Source: Opitutia bacterium (GTDB lineage Bacteria > Verrucomicrobiota > Verrucomicrobiia > Opitutales > T3Sed10-336). From it: a stretch of 64,000 nt of DNA. Of the stretch, positions 10,911-22,000 are shown one piece after another (within the stretch, counting starts at the first letter, position 1; each line of letters opens with the position of its first letter). The DNA is taken from the NCBI GenBank assembly GCA_050506795.1, contig JBJHCF010000014.1, forward strand, positions 2,846 to 66,845. Reading direction: 5' to 3'. The notes under the pieces were generated by a model that did not search any database, was not told where the DNA came from, and worked only from the letters and a program-made list of their open reading frames with translations. The translations under genes and the position numbers were made by a program.

Positions 10911-11639
10911 ATGCAAAGAAGACACAATTCACACGGATGTCCGTGGAGTCCCGCCTTTACCCTGATCGAACTGCTGACCGTGATCGCGATTATCGGCATC
11001 CTGGCGGCGATCTTGATCCCGGTCGTCGCACAGGTCAGGGAGTCCGCCCGAGCTGCACAATGTGTATCGAATCTTCGTCAAATAGGACTGGCGTTGCAGC
11101 TCTACGCGGAAGACAACCAGGGTTTTCTTCCCATGGCGACAAACGACCACTCGAGGCCGACGCCCAGGATATCGGACCCGCAATGGTCGGACGCTTTGTA
11201 TGAATACCTCCCTCAGCGGGAGGCCCGCGGTGGCGGCGCCGCGCACGAAATTTTCGCCTGTCCAAGTGCCGCCAGGTCGTGGGGTATAGATCCTCAAAGT
11301 GTCAATCGATCTTATTCGTACACTGGCGCCGGATTGGGCCTGCGCAACGGAACATTGAGCCCTTTTCAACGTCGAAGGGTGGGGACGATCATCGATCATT
11401 CCCGGACCATGCTCGTAGTCGAGGGGGCGCGGAATGTGCCATGGTCGCAAAGTGTATCTAATGTGAATTGGGCCGCGCTTCGTAATAACCAGAGGCGGAG
11501 TTCGCCCGAGGCTGTCGATTTTCTTCACAACGACCGAATGAACGTGCTTCATGTCGACGGAAGCGTTCATAGCTTGCCTTTTGTGGAATTGAGGGATATC
11601 ACGGAAGAACAGTGGACCGGCATGTTTCGTCAGAGGTAG
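10911..11639 (+). CDS. Prepilin-type N-terminal cleavage/methylation domain protein (DUF1559 / H-X9-DG type)
   Basis: ORF 10803..11639. ATG at 10911 gives '[38 protein letters not shown]', a type IV pilin-like leader. C-terminal '[15 protein letters not shown]' fits the H-X9-DG motif. Confidence 0.85.
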   Translation: MQRRHNSHGCPWSPAFTLIELLTVIAIIGILAAILIPVVAQVRESARAAQCVSNLRQIGLALQLYAEDNQGFLPMATNDHSRPTPRISDPQWSDALYEYLPQREARGGGAAHEIFACPSAARSWGIDPQSVNRSYSYTGAGLGLRNGTLSPFQRRRVGTIIDHSRTMLVVEGARNVPWSQSVSNVNWAALRNNQRRSSPEAVDFLHNDRMNVLHVDGSVHSLPFVELRDITEEQWTGMFRQR

Positions 11640-11647
11640 ATCCGATT

Positions 11648-13063
11648 ATGAAAAAACCACTCGTTTTGGAAAAGTCCCCACGGACCGCCAAGGCAAGAGG
11701 GGGCCTTTCGCTGCTGCCTGTCGTACTGGGAGTGTTCAGCTCGTTTTCCACAGCCTTGATCGCTTCGCAGCCGAACCTGATCTTCATCATGGCCGATGAC
11801 CTCGGCTATCACGATCTTGGCTCTTACGGGCAGACGGAAATCCAGACTCCTCATCTTGACCGGCTGGCCGAAAACGGATTGCGCTTTACCGATGTTTACG
11901 CCGGGTCGACGGTTTGCGCTCCGGCGCGCAGTGCTTTGATGACCGGGCAGCATACGGGGAATACTCTTATCCGGGGCAATTTTCCGGCCGAAGGTGGCGT
12001 CGTTGACATGAATGGAAATCGGAGGCTGCCCCTTCGCGCTGAGGATGTGACGGTGGCGGAGGTTTTAAAAGAGGCCGGGTATTTTACCGGCATGACCGGA
12101 AAATGGGGGCTTGGTGAGCCGGATTCGACCGGCGAACCGAATCTGCAGGGGTTCGATGAATGGTTCGGATTTCTGAATCAACGTCACGCCCACAGTTACT
12201 ATCCGGAGTTTCAGTGGCATAATCGCGAACGTGTGGAGTTCCCGGGCAATAAAGATGGTGGAGAGGAGCACTATTCGCACGATCTTCACACGGAATTCGC
12301 GTTGGATTTCATCCGCCAGGCGGCCGAAAGGGAGGATCCCTTTTTTCTTTACCTGCCGTACCAGATTCCGCACTCCCGGTATGAAATCCCCTCCGTGGCT
12401 CCTTATGAACACCGCGATTGGTCGGCTGACGCCAAAGTGCATGCTGCGATGATCACGCGTATGGATCGGGATATCGGAAGGATGATGGATCTGCTGGGCG
12501 AGCTTGAGCTCGATGGGGAGACGATAGTCTTCTTCACCTCCGACAATGGTGCCGCAAGGCGCTGGAGTGGCACGTTTGATTCTTCCTATCCCCTGCGCGG
12601 TCAGAAGCGTGACCTTTACGAAGGAGGGATCCGGGTTCCGATGATTGTTCACGGACCTGGGATTCCCGCTGGGAAAATCAGCGATGCTCCCTGGTATTTT
12701 CCGGATGTCATGCCCACTTTTGCTGAACTGGCAGGTGTGGAGGATGCCGTTCCCGAGGGAATCGACGGTGTCAGCGTGGTCGAGGTCCTCCTCGGAGGAG
12801 ATCAGCCGGAGCTGAGGAACCGGGCGATGTACTGGGAGTTCTTTGAGCGCGGCTTTGACCAGGCTGTGCGTCTGGGCGAATGGAAAGCGGTGCGGAAGTG
12901 GGGCGATCCCCTGGAGCTTTACAATCTGAGCGATGACATCGGCGAGGAGAACGATGTCGCCATGGAACACCCCGACTTGGTGGCGAAATTCGAGGCGATG
13001 ATGATCGAGATACGCACTCCCAGCCGCTATTGGCCGTCTCCCCTCGACGAGAAGGCTTTATGA
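11648..13063 (+). CDS. Arylsulfatase (S1 formylglycine-dependent sulfatase)
   Basis: ATG at 11648 ('MKKPLVLEK...', signal-like). 'PNLIFIMADDLGYHDLG' and the canonical FGly motif 'CAPARSALMTGQH' (C-x-P-x-R). 'FTSDNGA' downstream. Confidence 0.9.
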   Translation: MKKPLVLEKSPRTAKARGGLSLLPVVLGVFSSFSTALIASQPNLIFIMADDLGYHDLGSYGQTEIQTPHLDRLAENGLRFTDVYAGSTVCAPARSALMTGQHTGNTLIRGNFPAEGGVVDMNGNRRLPLRAEDVTVAEVLKEAGYFTGMTGKWGLGEPDSTGEPNLQGFDEWFGFLNQRHAHSYYPEFQWHNRERVEFPGNKDGGEEHYSHDLHTEFALDFIRQAAEREDPFFLYLPYQIPHSRYEIPSVAPYEHRDWSADAKVHAAMITRMDRDIGRMMDLLGELELDGETIVFFTSDNGAARRWSGTFDSSYPLRGQKRDLYEGGIRVPMIVHGPGIPAGKISDAPWYFPDVMPTFAELAGVEDAVPEGIDGVSVVEVLLGGDQPELRNRAMYWEFFERGFDQAVRLGEWKAVRKWGDPLELYNLSDDIGEENDVAMEHPDLVAKFEAMMIEIRTPSRYWPSPLDEKAL

Positions 13064-14982
13064 TTGGACGAGCGGGTTTAACCGGTATGCGTATGAAGAT
13101 CCGGCAAAAGAAACAGCTTTCGCTCGTTCGAACTTCGTCGGTGGGTGTGGCGGCCCTTCTTGGGATCGTATCCGCAGCCGCCGCTACAGCGGAGGAGCGT
13201 GAACGGCCGAATATCCTTCTCATCGCTTCCGAGGATAACTCCGTTCACTTTATGGAGCATTTCCATCCCGGCGGCGCGGCGCTTCCCAATATCGAGCGGC
13301 TTGCCGAGAACGGTATCACCTTCGACCGCACTTTCTCAAACGCTCCGGTCTGTTCGGTGGCGCGGACCACGGTGATTACTTCCGCCTACGCGCCCCGGAT
13401 CGCCACCCACCATCACCGGAGGATGCGGACAGCCATTCTGCCCCCGGGATGGGAGCTGTTTCCCTCGTATTTGCGCGAGAACGGGTATCATACAGTGAAG
13501 CGAGGGAAAAAGGATTTCAACGTCGTTGAAGGCGATCCCTGGAGCCGGGATGGTGACGGAGCCCATTGGCGGAGCCGTCCCGACGAGGAGACGCCTTTCT
13601 TCATGATGCGAACCATTCACGTTACGCACGAGGGCCGGTTGCACTTTGACGAGGATTCCGTCCGTGACAATTCGACCTGGCACGATCCGGATCAAGTGGA
13701 CGTCTTTCCCTATCTGCCCGATACCGAATTGACTCGTTACACCCATGCCTTTTATCTGGACCGTCACCTGGAGATGGACGCCCAGGTGGGTGGGATCCTG
13801 GGGGAGTTGGAGTCGGACGGGCTCAGTGACAGCACCATTATCATTTATTACGGCGACCATGGCGGGGTTCTTCCCCGCAGCAAAGGCTACCTCTACGAAG
13901 GAGGGGTTCACGTGCCGATGGTGGTTTACATTCCCGAGAAATTTCAGCACCTGTCGCCCTTCGAGCCCGGAAGCCGGGTGGACGGCTTCGTGGAATTCGT
14001 CGATTTTGGTCCCACGGTGTTGAATCTTGCCGGAATCGAGATCCCCGCGCATATGGACGGGAGACCTTTTCTGGGTCCCGGCATTACCGGCGAACAGGTT
14101 GAGGAACGCGATGAGACTTTCAGTTATGCCGATCGTTTTGATGAAAAATGCGATATGGTGCGGGCCGTCCGGAAAGGAGACTTCAAGTACATACGCAATT
14201 TCTGGTCTCATCATCCGGCGGGGTTGGTCAACGGGTACCGGTATCAACAACTTGCCTACCAGGAGTGGCGCGATTTGTATGTCGCGGGTGGGTTGAATGA
14301 GGTTCAGAGGGCGTTCTTTGAAGCGCGTCAGCCGGAGGAATTGTACGATTTGGTCTCCGATCCGCATGAGACCAGAAATCTCGCCCGGGATCCGGAGTAT
14401 GCGGAAGTGCTGGAGGATATGCGCGGGCGGCTCCGTCTGCGCATGCGCGGCATGCCGGACCTGGGAATGTTTCCGGAAAGTTATTTATTGGAACACGCCG
14501 TGGATGAACCTTTGGCATTCGGACAGCGCAATACGACCCGGGTCGGCGAGCTATTGAAGGTGGCCGACCTGGCCCTCCTGCCGTTTGACGAAGCCCGGAC
14601 CGGGATTGTGGCGGCACTGGAGGCCGACGATCCGTGGAAGTGTTTCTGGGCCTTGATCGCGTGTTCGCGTTTTGGCGCGGAGGCCGGGGAAATGGAGTCC
14701 AGGGCGAGGACTCTCTCCGGCGACGGTTTCTTGCCGGTGCGGATTGCCGCCGCGGAATTCCTGGGTGTTCTGGGAACTGAAGACGCTCTGCCGATTCTGT
14801 ATGAATTGGCGCGGACGGCGACCGTTCAGGCCGATGCGGCCCTGGCGTTGAACGCGATGACTTATTTGCGTGATGAGCTCGGATACGAACTCGATCCGGC
14901 TCTGCTCAAGCTGAATCCGGACCTGCAAAGGAATCAGGTGGCCCGGCGCCTGGAGTATTTGCAGGAGAGGAGCGTTCGCTGA
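13060..14982 (+). CDS. Sulfatase-family protein with C-terminal HEAT-like repeats and a non-canonical active-site motif
   Basis: ORF 13030..14982. ATG 13060 overlaps the previous stop (ATGA). ATG 13093 ('MKIRQKK...AAAATAEE', signal-like) is an alternative start. 'PNILLIASEDNS', 'YYGDHGG' and 'GGVHVPMVVY' are sulfatase-like, but the FGly position reads 'CSVARTTVITS'. The C-terminus ('PVRIAAAEFLGVLGTEDALPILYELART') is HEAT-like. Confidence 0.8.
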   Translation: MIGRAGLTGMRMKIRQKKQLSLVRTSSVGVAALLGIVSAAAATAEERERPNILLIASEDNSVHFMEHFHPGGAALPNIERLAENGITFDRTFSNAPVCSVARTTVITSAYAPRIATHHHRRMRTAILPPGWELFPSYLRENGYHTVKRGKKDFNVVEGDPWSRDGDGAHWRSRPDEETPFFMMRTIHVTHEGRLHFDEDSVRDNSTWHDPDQVDVFPYLPDTELTRYTHAFYLDRHLEMDAQVGGILGELESDGLSDSTIIIYYGDHGGVLPRSKGYLYEGGVHVPMVVYIPEKFQHLSPFEPGSRVDGFVEFVDFGPTVLNLAGIEIPAHMDGRPFLGPGITGEQVEERDETFSYADRFDEKCDMVRAVRKGDFKYIRNFWSHHPAGLVNGYRYQQLAYQEWRDLYVAGGLNEVQRAFFEARQPEELYDLVSDPHETRNLARDPEYAEVLEDMRGRLRLRMRGMPDLGMFPESYLLEHAVDEPLAFGQRNTTRVGELLKVADLALLPFDEARTGIVAALEADDPWKCFWALIACSRFGAEAGEMESRARTLSGDGFLPVRIAAAEFLGVLGTEDALPILYELARTATVQADAALALNAMTYLRDELGYELDPALLKLNPDLQRNQVARRLEYLQERSVR

Positions 14983-15188
14983 AGCAATCCCATTCCGGGG
15001 CGCGAATGCAGCCTGTAAAAAGAAAGAACGGAAAACAGTAATCAAGGCGTGGCTCATGCGACCGACGCCGACAGCTTGATGGCGGACCGAGTGAATGCTC
15101 TGTGTTTCGTTCGGAGGCCAACGGCTCTTTGACGCGTAGAATACGATAGGGGAGAGAACACTGCGGTTGACCGGAACCGCTCCATCAT

Positions 15189-16502
15189 GTGAGACTCTGG
15201 TTTATGGCCGGGATGTTTCGACTTTTCACGTTATTGGGAGCCGGGATCCGATGGTGCGGATCGGGCTTGCGCGGAACCGGGAGAATTTTTTGTTCGACCG
15301 GGGTGGCGGCTTTGTTTTTAGCGAGCGTGGAAGCGCGAACACCCGATGCCGGCGAGGACGAACCTCTTGTCCTGCTTGAAAGGCACCTGCGGGCTCACGG
15401 CCTTTCCGGGGTGGAAAGCGCATCATTCGCAGACACTCCCCTGAGCGAGGAACAAGCCCGCCGGGCCGGAGAGATGCTTTGGGAGGCCCAGGTTCATCGA
15501 ACGCGTGAAACCCGGTCCGAGATATTCGCGTCAGAAGAACTTGAATACGAAGGGTACCGGATGCCTTTCTGGCACACCGTTTACGGCGAGCGTCCGCCGG
15601 CGGGGCGGAGCCTTTACCTTTCCCTTCACGGCGGGGGCGGGACTCACCCCAGCGTGAACGACAGGCAGTGGGAGAATCAGAAACGGCTTTATCGGCCTGA
15701 CGAGGGCGTTTATGTGGCGCCCCGGGCGCCCACCGACACGTGGAATCTGTGGCACCAGCCGCACATCGACGTCCTCTTCGACCGTTTGCTTGCAGATCTG
15801 TTTGTGTTCGGCGACGTCAATCCCGACCGCGTGTACCTGATGGGTTACAGTGCCGGAGGCGACGGCGTTTACCAATTGGCGCCGCGAATGTCGGATCGCT
15901 TCGCCGCCGCCGCCATGATGGCCGGCCATCCGAACGACGCGCGCATCGAAGGTCTGCGGAATATTCCTTTCACCTTGCACATGGGAGCGGAGGATTCGGC
16001 CTATGACCGCAACCGGGTGGCACGGCAATGGGGGCAAGGATTATCCGAACTGCGTGAGGCGGATCCGGACGGGTATGTCCATTGGGTCGAGATCTATGAG
16101 GGCAAAGGGCACTGGATGGACGGTGAGGATGCCGCGGCGCTTCCCTGGATGGCTTCGCATGAGCGCGACTTGCGCCCCGAAAGGATCGTCTGGGTGCAAC
16201 ACGGCGTTCCGCATCGAAGGTATTATTGGCTGGCCGTCGAAGGTCCCCGGCTCGGCGCCGAGATCGTGGTCGAGAGACACGGACAGGTGATCGAGATCGT
16301 AAGCTGGGAGGAGCAGGGAGAACTCGCCATAAGGCTTGATGACACCATGCTCAACCTCGACGAACCGGTATCGGTGCGCCACGCGGACCGGGAACTCTTC
16401 CGAGGCGACGTCCCCCGGACGGTCGCCGTCCTCACACGCACCCTCAGGGAACGCGAAGATCCCCGCGGCCTGTTTCCGGCGGAGATCCGATTGGAGCCGT
16501 AG
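15189..16502 (+). CDS. Alpha/beta-hydrolase fold esterase (putative carbohydrate esterase)
   Basis: 'LSLHGGGG' (oxyanion-like) and nucleophile elbow 'GYSAGGDG' (G-x-S-x-G). Start uncertain: GTG 15189 or downstream Met codons. Confidence 0.65.
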   Translation: MRLWFMAGMFRLFTLLGAGIRWCGSGLRGTGRIFCSTGVAALFLASVEARTPDAGEDEPLVLLERHLRAHGLSGVESASFADTPLSEEQARRAGEMLWEAQVHRTRETRSEIFASEELEYEGYRMPFWHTVYGERPPAGRSLYLSLHGGGGTHPSVNDRQWENQKRLYRPDEGVYVAPRAPTDTWNLWHQPHIDVLFDRLLADLFVFGDVNPDRVYLMGYSAGGDGVYQLAPRMSDRFAAAAMMAGHPNDARIEGLRNIPFTLHMGAEDSAYDRNRVARQWGQGLSELREADPDGYVHWVEIYEGKGHWMDGEDAAALPWMASHERDLRPERIVWVQHGVPHRRYYWLAVEGPRLGAEIVVERHGQVIEIVSWEEQGELAIRLDDTMLNLDEPVSVRHADRELFRGDVPRTVAVLTRTLREREDPRGLFPAEIRLEP

Positions 16503-16750
16503 TATTTAAACCGGATGGGGACAGGTACAGGGCCGTCGCTCCGCCCCTCCCTTCGAACCGGACGTGTGGATCTCTCCCGGCGCGCCGGTACCCTCCAAGC
16601 GCAATTGTTTTCCCATTGATCCTTCGTTTCACTCCGCCGGAAACTTCGGGAGATCAAAGCCGAGATAATCAAGCGAACGCACGATTCCTTGACTTGCCGG
16701 CAAGATTTTTACGAGTCTCGACAGATCCATGCTTAGTTTTTGGGTCTGTT

Positions 16751-17935
16751 ATGAATAAAAAAACATTGCGTGCAGGGATTGTCGGCTCCGGGTTTGCGGC
16801 GAATTTCCACTACGATGCGTTGTGGCGGGTTCACGGCGTGAACGTCGATGTTGTCGGCGTGTATTCGCCCAATTCCGAAAATCGGAAGAGCTTTGCGGAG
16901 AAGCGGGGTATCCAGGCATTTGAAACCCTGGAAGCGCTGCTGGAGGCCGTCGACGTCATTCACGTGTGCTCGCCGGCCGTTACCCACGAGCCGGTCGCAG
17001 TCGCCGCCTTGGAGCGCGACAAGTGGATTATCGTGGAGAAACCCTTCACAGGCTATTTCGGCGACGGCAGTGAGGATTTCGACGGCGACACCTTCGCGCG
17101 TCAGGACGCCCTTGACGGAGCCGCGGCCAGCATTCGGCGGATACTGGCCGCGGAGCGGAAGAGCAAGGGGAAGATTCTGTACGCGGAAAACTGGGTTTAC
17201 GCCCCGGCGATTCAGAAGGAGGCTGAGATCCTGCGAAAAACCGGTGGGCAGATTCTGTGGATGCATGGCGAAGAATCGCATTCCGGCTCTCACTCGTCCG
17301 CCTATGGCCTCTGGAGGCTGGCCGGAGGTGGGTCTCTCATGGGGAAGGGGTGTCATCCCCTGACCGCCGCACTGTACCTGAAGCAGGTCGAGGGCAGGGC
17401 GCGTGACGGACGGCCGATTCGTCCCGCTTCGGTCAGTTCCCGCACCCACGCGGTGACCCGCAATCCGAGTTTCCGCGACGAAGGCCATCTCCGCACCGGC
17501 TACACCGATATCGAGGACTTTTCCATGGTGCATGTGGTTTTCGAAGACGGCATGTTTGCGGACATTTTTGCCAGTGAGATCGTAATGGGCGGTGTTCACA
17601 ATTGGCTGGAAGTCAATGCCAGCAACCATCGGGCAATATGTAATATTAATCCGAATACGGCTATGCAAACCTTCAACCCGGTCGAGTCCCAGTTCAACGA
17701 TATCTATGTCGTGGAGAAAGTCGGTACGAAACAGGGATGGGCGCCGACTTCTCCGGACGAAGACTGGTTCACCGGCTATCAACACGAAATGGAGGCCTTC
17801 TACCGAAACGTGGCGTACGGAACACCGATTGAAAGTGATTCCCGGTTGGCGGCCGATTGCATCGCCACGATTTACGCGGGGTATATTTCAGCCGAGCGGA
17901 AGGGCGCCGAGGTCCCTGTCCCGCTTTTTGAATAG
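16751..17935 (+). CDS. Gfo/Idh/MocA family oxidoreductase
   Basis: ORF 16616..17935. ATG 16751 gives 'MNKKTLRAGIVGSGFAANFH' (Rossmann). 'IIVEKPF' motif is typical of the family. Confidence 0.85.
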   Translation: MNKKTLRAGIVGSGFAANFHYDALWRVHGVNVDVVGVYSPNSENRKSFAEKRGIQAFETLEALLEAVDVIHVCSPAVTHEPVAVAALERDKWIIVEKPFTGYFGDGSEDFDGDTFARQDALDGAAASIRRILAAERKSKGKILYAENWVYAPAIQKEAEILRKTGGQILWMHGEESHSGSHSSAYGLWRLAGGGSLMGKGCHPLTAALYLKQVEGRARDGRPIRPASVSSRTHAVTRNPSFRDEGHLRTGYTDIEDFSMVHVVFEDGMFADIFASEIVMGGVHNWLEVNASNHRAICNINPNTAMQTFNPVESQFNDIYVVEKVGTKQGWAPTSPDEDWFTGYQHEMEAFYRNVAYGTPIESDSRLAADCIATIYAGYISAERKGAEVPVPLFE

Positions 17936-18022
17936 GTCAGCCTATATGCGCCGGTTGCTTGCAGAATCGATCACCTGACAGGTTCTTGAAAATAGGGCCA
18001 TTTTGAAATCCGGAACTCCGCG

Positions 18023-18772
18023 TTAGTGTATTTGCCGCTCTTTAAAGTGCCGGCGATACTGGCGGGGGGAGAGGCCGATATATTTCCGGAAGACCCGGCA
18101 GAAATAGAAGGAGTCCTGGTATCCGATCTTCTCGGCGACGGCTGATACCGGGAGTTCGCTTTCGATCAGCCATTGGGCGGCGCGTTGCACTCGCAATCGA
18201 GCGAAGAAGCGCAGCGGAGAGGTGCCGCTGTGGGAACGGAAAAGGGCGGAGAATTGGGGTACGGAAAGGCTGACGGTGCTCGCGAACTCATTGAGCGAAC
18301 AGGAGCGCGTGAGGTTGTTACGCATGTAGTCCATGGCGGCTTGAATACGTGGATCTATACGCGGTTCGGGCCTGGCTCTTTTATGAAGCATGTGCCGCAA
18401 CCGATTGACGATGTGAAGTAAATATTCGCTTAGAATAGCGGCATCACTCGGATCGTTCGACTGCGCCGCGAGTTCCAGGGTTGATTCGAACAGCGAAAAA
18501 AGGCCTTCGATGCCCTGGACCGAAAGGAGTGGGCTCTCCTTGGATATTTGTAGTATCTCGATTATCTGCAGGGCGCTTTTTCCGGAAAAATGCATCCAGT
18601 AGATGCTCCAGGGCGCCGATTCGTCCGCCCCGTAGCTGTGGGGAATTCCAGCCGGAATGATCAGGATGTGCTGGGGAGGAATGACCCAGGACCGGTTGCG
18701 GATAAAGGCCCGGCCGGTGCCGCTTCGGTTGTAGATGAGGATGTGTTCGTTGATTCCCTCCGTCCGGTCCAC
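18023..18772 (-). CDS. AraC family transcriptional regulator (cupin sensor + HTH)
   Basis: The C-terminal 100 aa carry the AraC-type double HTH ('LNEFASTVSLSVPQFSALFRSHSGTSPLRFF...VAEKIGYQDSFYFCRVFRKYIGLSPRQYR'). The N-terminus is cupin-like. Confidence 0.9.
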   Translation of the reverse strand: MDRTEGINEHILIYNRSGTGRAFIRNRSWVIPPQHILIIPAGIPHSYGADESAPWSIYWMHFSGKSALQIIEILQISKESPLLSVQGIEGLFSLFESTLELAAQSNDPSDAAILSEYLLHIVNRLRHMLHKRARPEPRIDPRIQAAMDYMRNNLTRSCSLNEFASTVSLSVPQFSALFRSHSGTSPLRFFARLRVQRAAQWLIESELPVSAVAEKIGYQDSFYFCRVFRKYIGLSPRQYRRHFKERQIH

Positions 18773-19033
18773 CCAGTGAAAGCGGGTTTCCGGAAAGTGG
18801 CCGATGTCCGTGATACAAAATTCCCGGGAAACCGGTGCCTCCAGTGCAACACGGCGCCATTCCTCGGAGCGGCGGATCAGGCGCTGCGAGGAGAATCCTT
18901 CCCGAATTCGCCGGGGAGGATCCTGGCGGGCGCTGCCCGTTTCCTTTTGGGTCTCGCGCCGTATGGTGCCGGCGCTCGCTACTTGTTTCTTTTTGGGGTT
19001 CGCCTTGATGGTAGTGGTATCTCTCTGTCGATG

Positions 19034-22000
19034 TCAGCGGTTGAATCCGGGAACGATGCCCAGATCGCGCACGTCGGTGTCGGCCGGCGCGGTGTGGAGT
19101 TCGAGATTGGCGATCGAACCGTGACCGCCATGGCCGTTCTTTATGATCAAGCGAAAATAGCGGGCGCGGGCGACTTCGTCAAAGGTTACCGTAACCGCGT
19201 CGCGGCCGGATCCGAACGCTCCCGGTTCCCCCCAGAGCTTCCAGATTTCGCCATTCTCACTGATTTCGACCGCGTAATCGCCAATACGTCCGTTGGCCTG
19301 GTCCTGACGCGGCAGATAGGTGAAACCGCCAATCTGTTTTTCCTCCAGCAGATCAATCTCAAAGTTAAAGGGAGGACGGGCGTCGCGGGTCCAGTCGGAA
19401 TGCCAGATGGTTTCAGGATTTCCATCGACGGCGTTGCCGGGAGGGTGGTCAGGATGCGAACTCGAAGCGCGGGCAACGAGAGTGACTTCACCGATCAGCT
19501 CCCGCAGGTCCTCGACAGCCAGTTCGGTTTGCGGATCGAAATCGGCGGAGCCCAGGTAGGCGATGATGCTTCGCCGTAACTGCCGCGCGGCGATACGGGT
19601 CTCCAGGTCGGTACTGATGTCGAGGGTGCAGACGAGGAGCTTGCCTTGTCCAATCCTGGCTTCGAAGATGCCGGTGGGCAGTGCATTGCGGTTGTATTTG
19701 TCGACGAAGCGAAAAGGTTTTTCGATCGAGGGGTCCAGACCGTCCAGGTCGACGGTGGTCGAGGTCGCCAGCAACTCCCACCATTGCCAGTCGGTGTGGG
19801 TGGAGGTCGGAAACTTCCGGAATACCGGGTGCCCGGGATTGATCGTGGCGCCGAGGGTGCCGGGTTGATTCGGGAAGTGGAGCGGACTCCAGAAGACCGG
19901 GATAAACCGGCCTTGAATCGGTCTCTTGATCGCCCCCGGCTCCGGAAGCAAGAGGACGGTTTCGCCGGACTCCAGCGCGGCAAGAACCTCCTCGTTCATC
20001 CCCCGGGCGGTCATGAATCCCGGGTCCTCTTTATCCGCCGGTGCGGTTGCCGGGTAGACCCAGATCGACCAGGAGTTCTCGGCGTTGGCGTCCGGGATCC
20101 TGACGGTCAGCGTGAGCCGGCGAGCGGTCTCTACCTCGGAGAGATCCTGACGAATTTTTCCCAGTGGATTGGCATTCCCGAGCGGAACGGAATCGACCGA
20201 AAAACGGCCCTCGCCAACGGTTTGATCCTCGTCGCTCAGGATCCAGAATGCGGTGACGTCTTGCATCGGGCTCTCACCGAAATGGGCGACTTCGGCGGTC
20301 GCTGTGAATTCCTCGGAGTTCTCCCAGGTCATTTTCTCCATGCGGATCAGGGGCACGGTGGGGGCGTTGAAACGGCGGAATTCTTCCGCGGTAATCAGGC
20401 TTTTCGACTCCCAGAAGGCGTCGAGCAAGCCGACGGTGGCGGTGGATTGTCCCGGGAAGTCCTGCAACTGGAGGAGTTGAATTCCGGACAAATCGGGAGT
20501 GCGCAGCGCCCGTTCGATGTCCTCTTTGTAAAGGATAGCGGCCAGTTTACCCGAGTCCCGGGTGTAAATGGGAGCTTCATGCAAACGTCCTTTGGCTTCG
20601 AGATCGTTGCGGATCGCTTCCCAGGCGGTGGGACGAAAGGGGCTGTCGTACTTCTCGTATTTCGGAATTTCCTCCAGGTTTGGGTAATTGTTGTACTGAC
20701 CGACCTCGTGCGTCACCAGGGGAATGGATACCGAGGACAGGCCTCTGCTGTAGTCGCTCTCGGTATTGGGTTTGGTCTGGTTGAGGAAGCCTTGGCCCCG
20801 CACCCAGTCGGCCGTGGTTTGTTGGGTGACGAAAAAATCGTCCTCCGGTCCTGGAGTCCGGCCGCGCGGCGAGAACGTGAACGAGGTGGAAGTGAAAAGC
20901 AGGTCCGGCTCCAGCGAACGAAAGTGCGCGACCATTTCGTCCATGGCCTGGAGTTCGCCTTCCACTTCGTTGCCGAGGGAAAACATGACGAAGGACGGGT
21001 GATTACCGTATTCACGGAATATCCGTTCGCCTTCGGTCCGGAAATACGCGTCGACCTGGGGCCGCCGGCCCATGTGAAAAGACCAGTTCGGAAGCTCGAC
21101 TTGCAGGTAGATGCCGAGGCGGTCGGCGGCTTCGAAGGCGGCCCTGGGGGGAGCCCAGGAGTGAAATCGGACATGATTCAGACCGAAGTCCCGCGCCGTT
21201 TCGAAGATGCGGGTCCACTCGTCACCGGTCATGTCGGGATGTCCCGTCTTTGGGAAGATCAGGCATTCGAGATTGCCGCGCAGGAAGGCGCGCCGACCGT
21301 TGACCAGCAGGTGCCGGCCTTCGGCCTCGAACGTGCGCAACCCGAACGATTCCGTCACCACCGAGTCTCCGGAAGGTCCGGTGAGGGTGGCGGTCATTTC
21401 GTGGAGAACGGGATTAAATTCCGACCACCGGGGGGCGTCTTCCCTCATGGGGACGGAGTAGGTGTGCGTTGACGTTCCCGGACCGACAGGTACGTCGTTC
21501 GAACGGGCTTCCCCGTATCCGCCGGCAAGACTCAGTTCCAGAGCGACCCGCCGGCGACGGTCGCTGAGGTTCAGGATCTCGACGGTGGCTTCCACACCGG
21601 AAAGGTCCGCTTTGGGGCGGATACGGAGATGGGAAATATGCACCTCCGGCCGGGCGTGCAATTCGAGCCGCCCCACCAGGCCGTTCCAAATCGATTGGGT
21701 TTCTTCGGTGTAGGCGTGGCCGATGCCGATGGGGAGTTTCTCACGGTTGTCGACCCGCACGGTGATCGTGTTGCTTTCCCCGGGACGCAGCAAATCACCG
21801 AGTTCGTGCCGATGGGGCGTCGACAAACTGTCCTGGAAGGCCTCGACCCGTTGTCCGTTGATCCAGACCTTGGTGCTCCAGATGACCCGCTCCAGCAGCA
21901 GTTCGACGTGCCGGCCTTCCCAGTCGGAGGGAATGTCGATGGTTCGCTGGTACCATGCCGGACCGATGTATGCGAATTTCTGATGCAGATGCTGCATGGC

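Noticed and set aside
19646-21472. 608-aa ORF antisense to the GH2 gene, and similar long antisense ORFs at 5834..6961, 7139..7846, 13336..14367, 16733..17785, 27581..28993, 30851..31975, 60496..61254
   Set aside because: Each overlaps a gene with strong family motifs on the other strand. None has recognisable motifs, which is typical of high-GC antisense ORFs.
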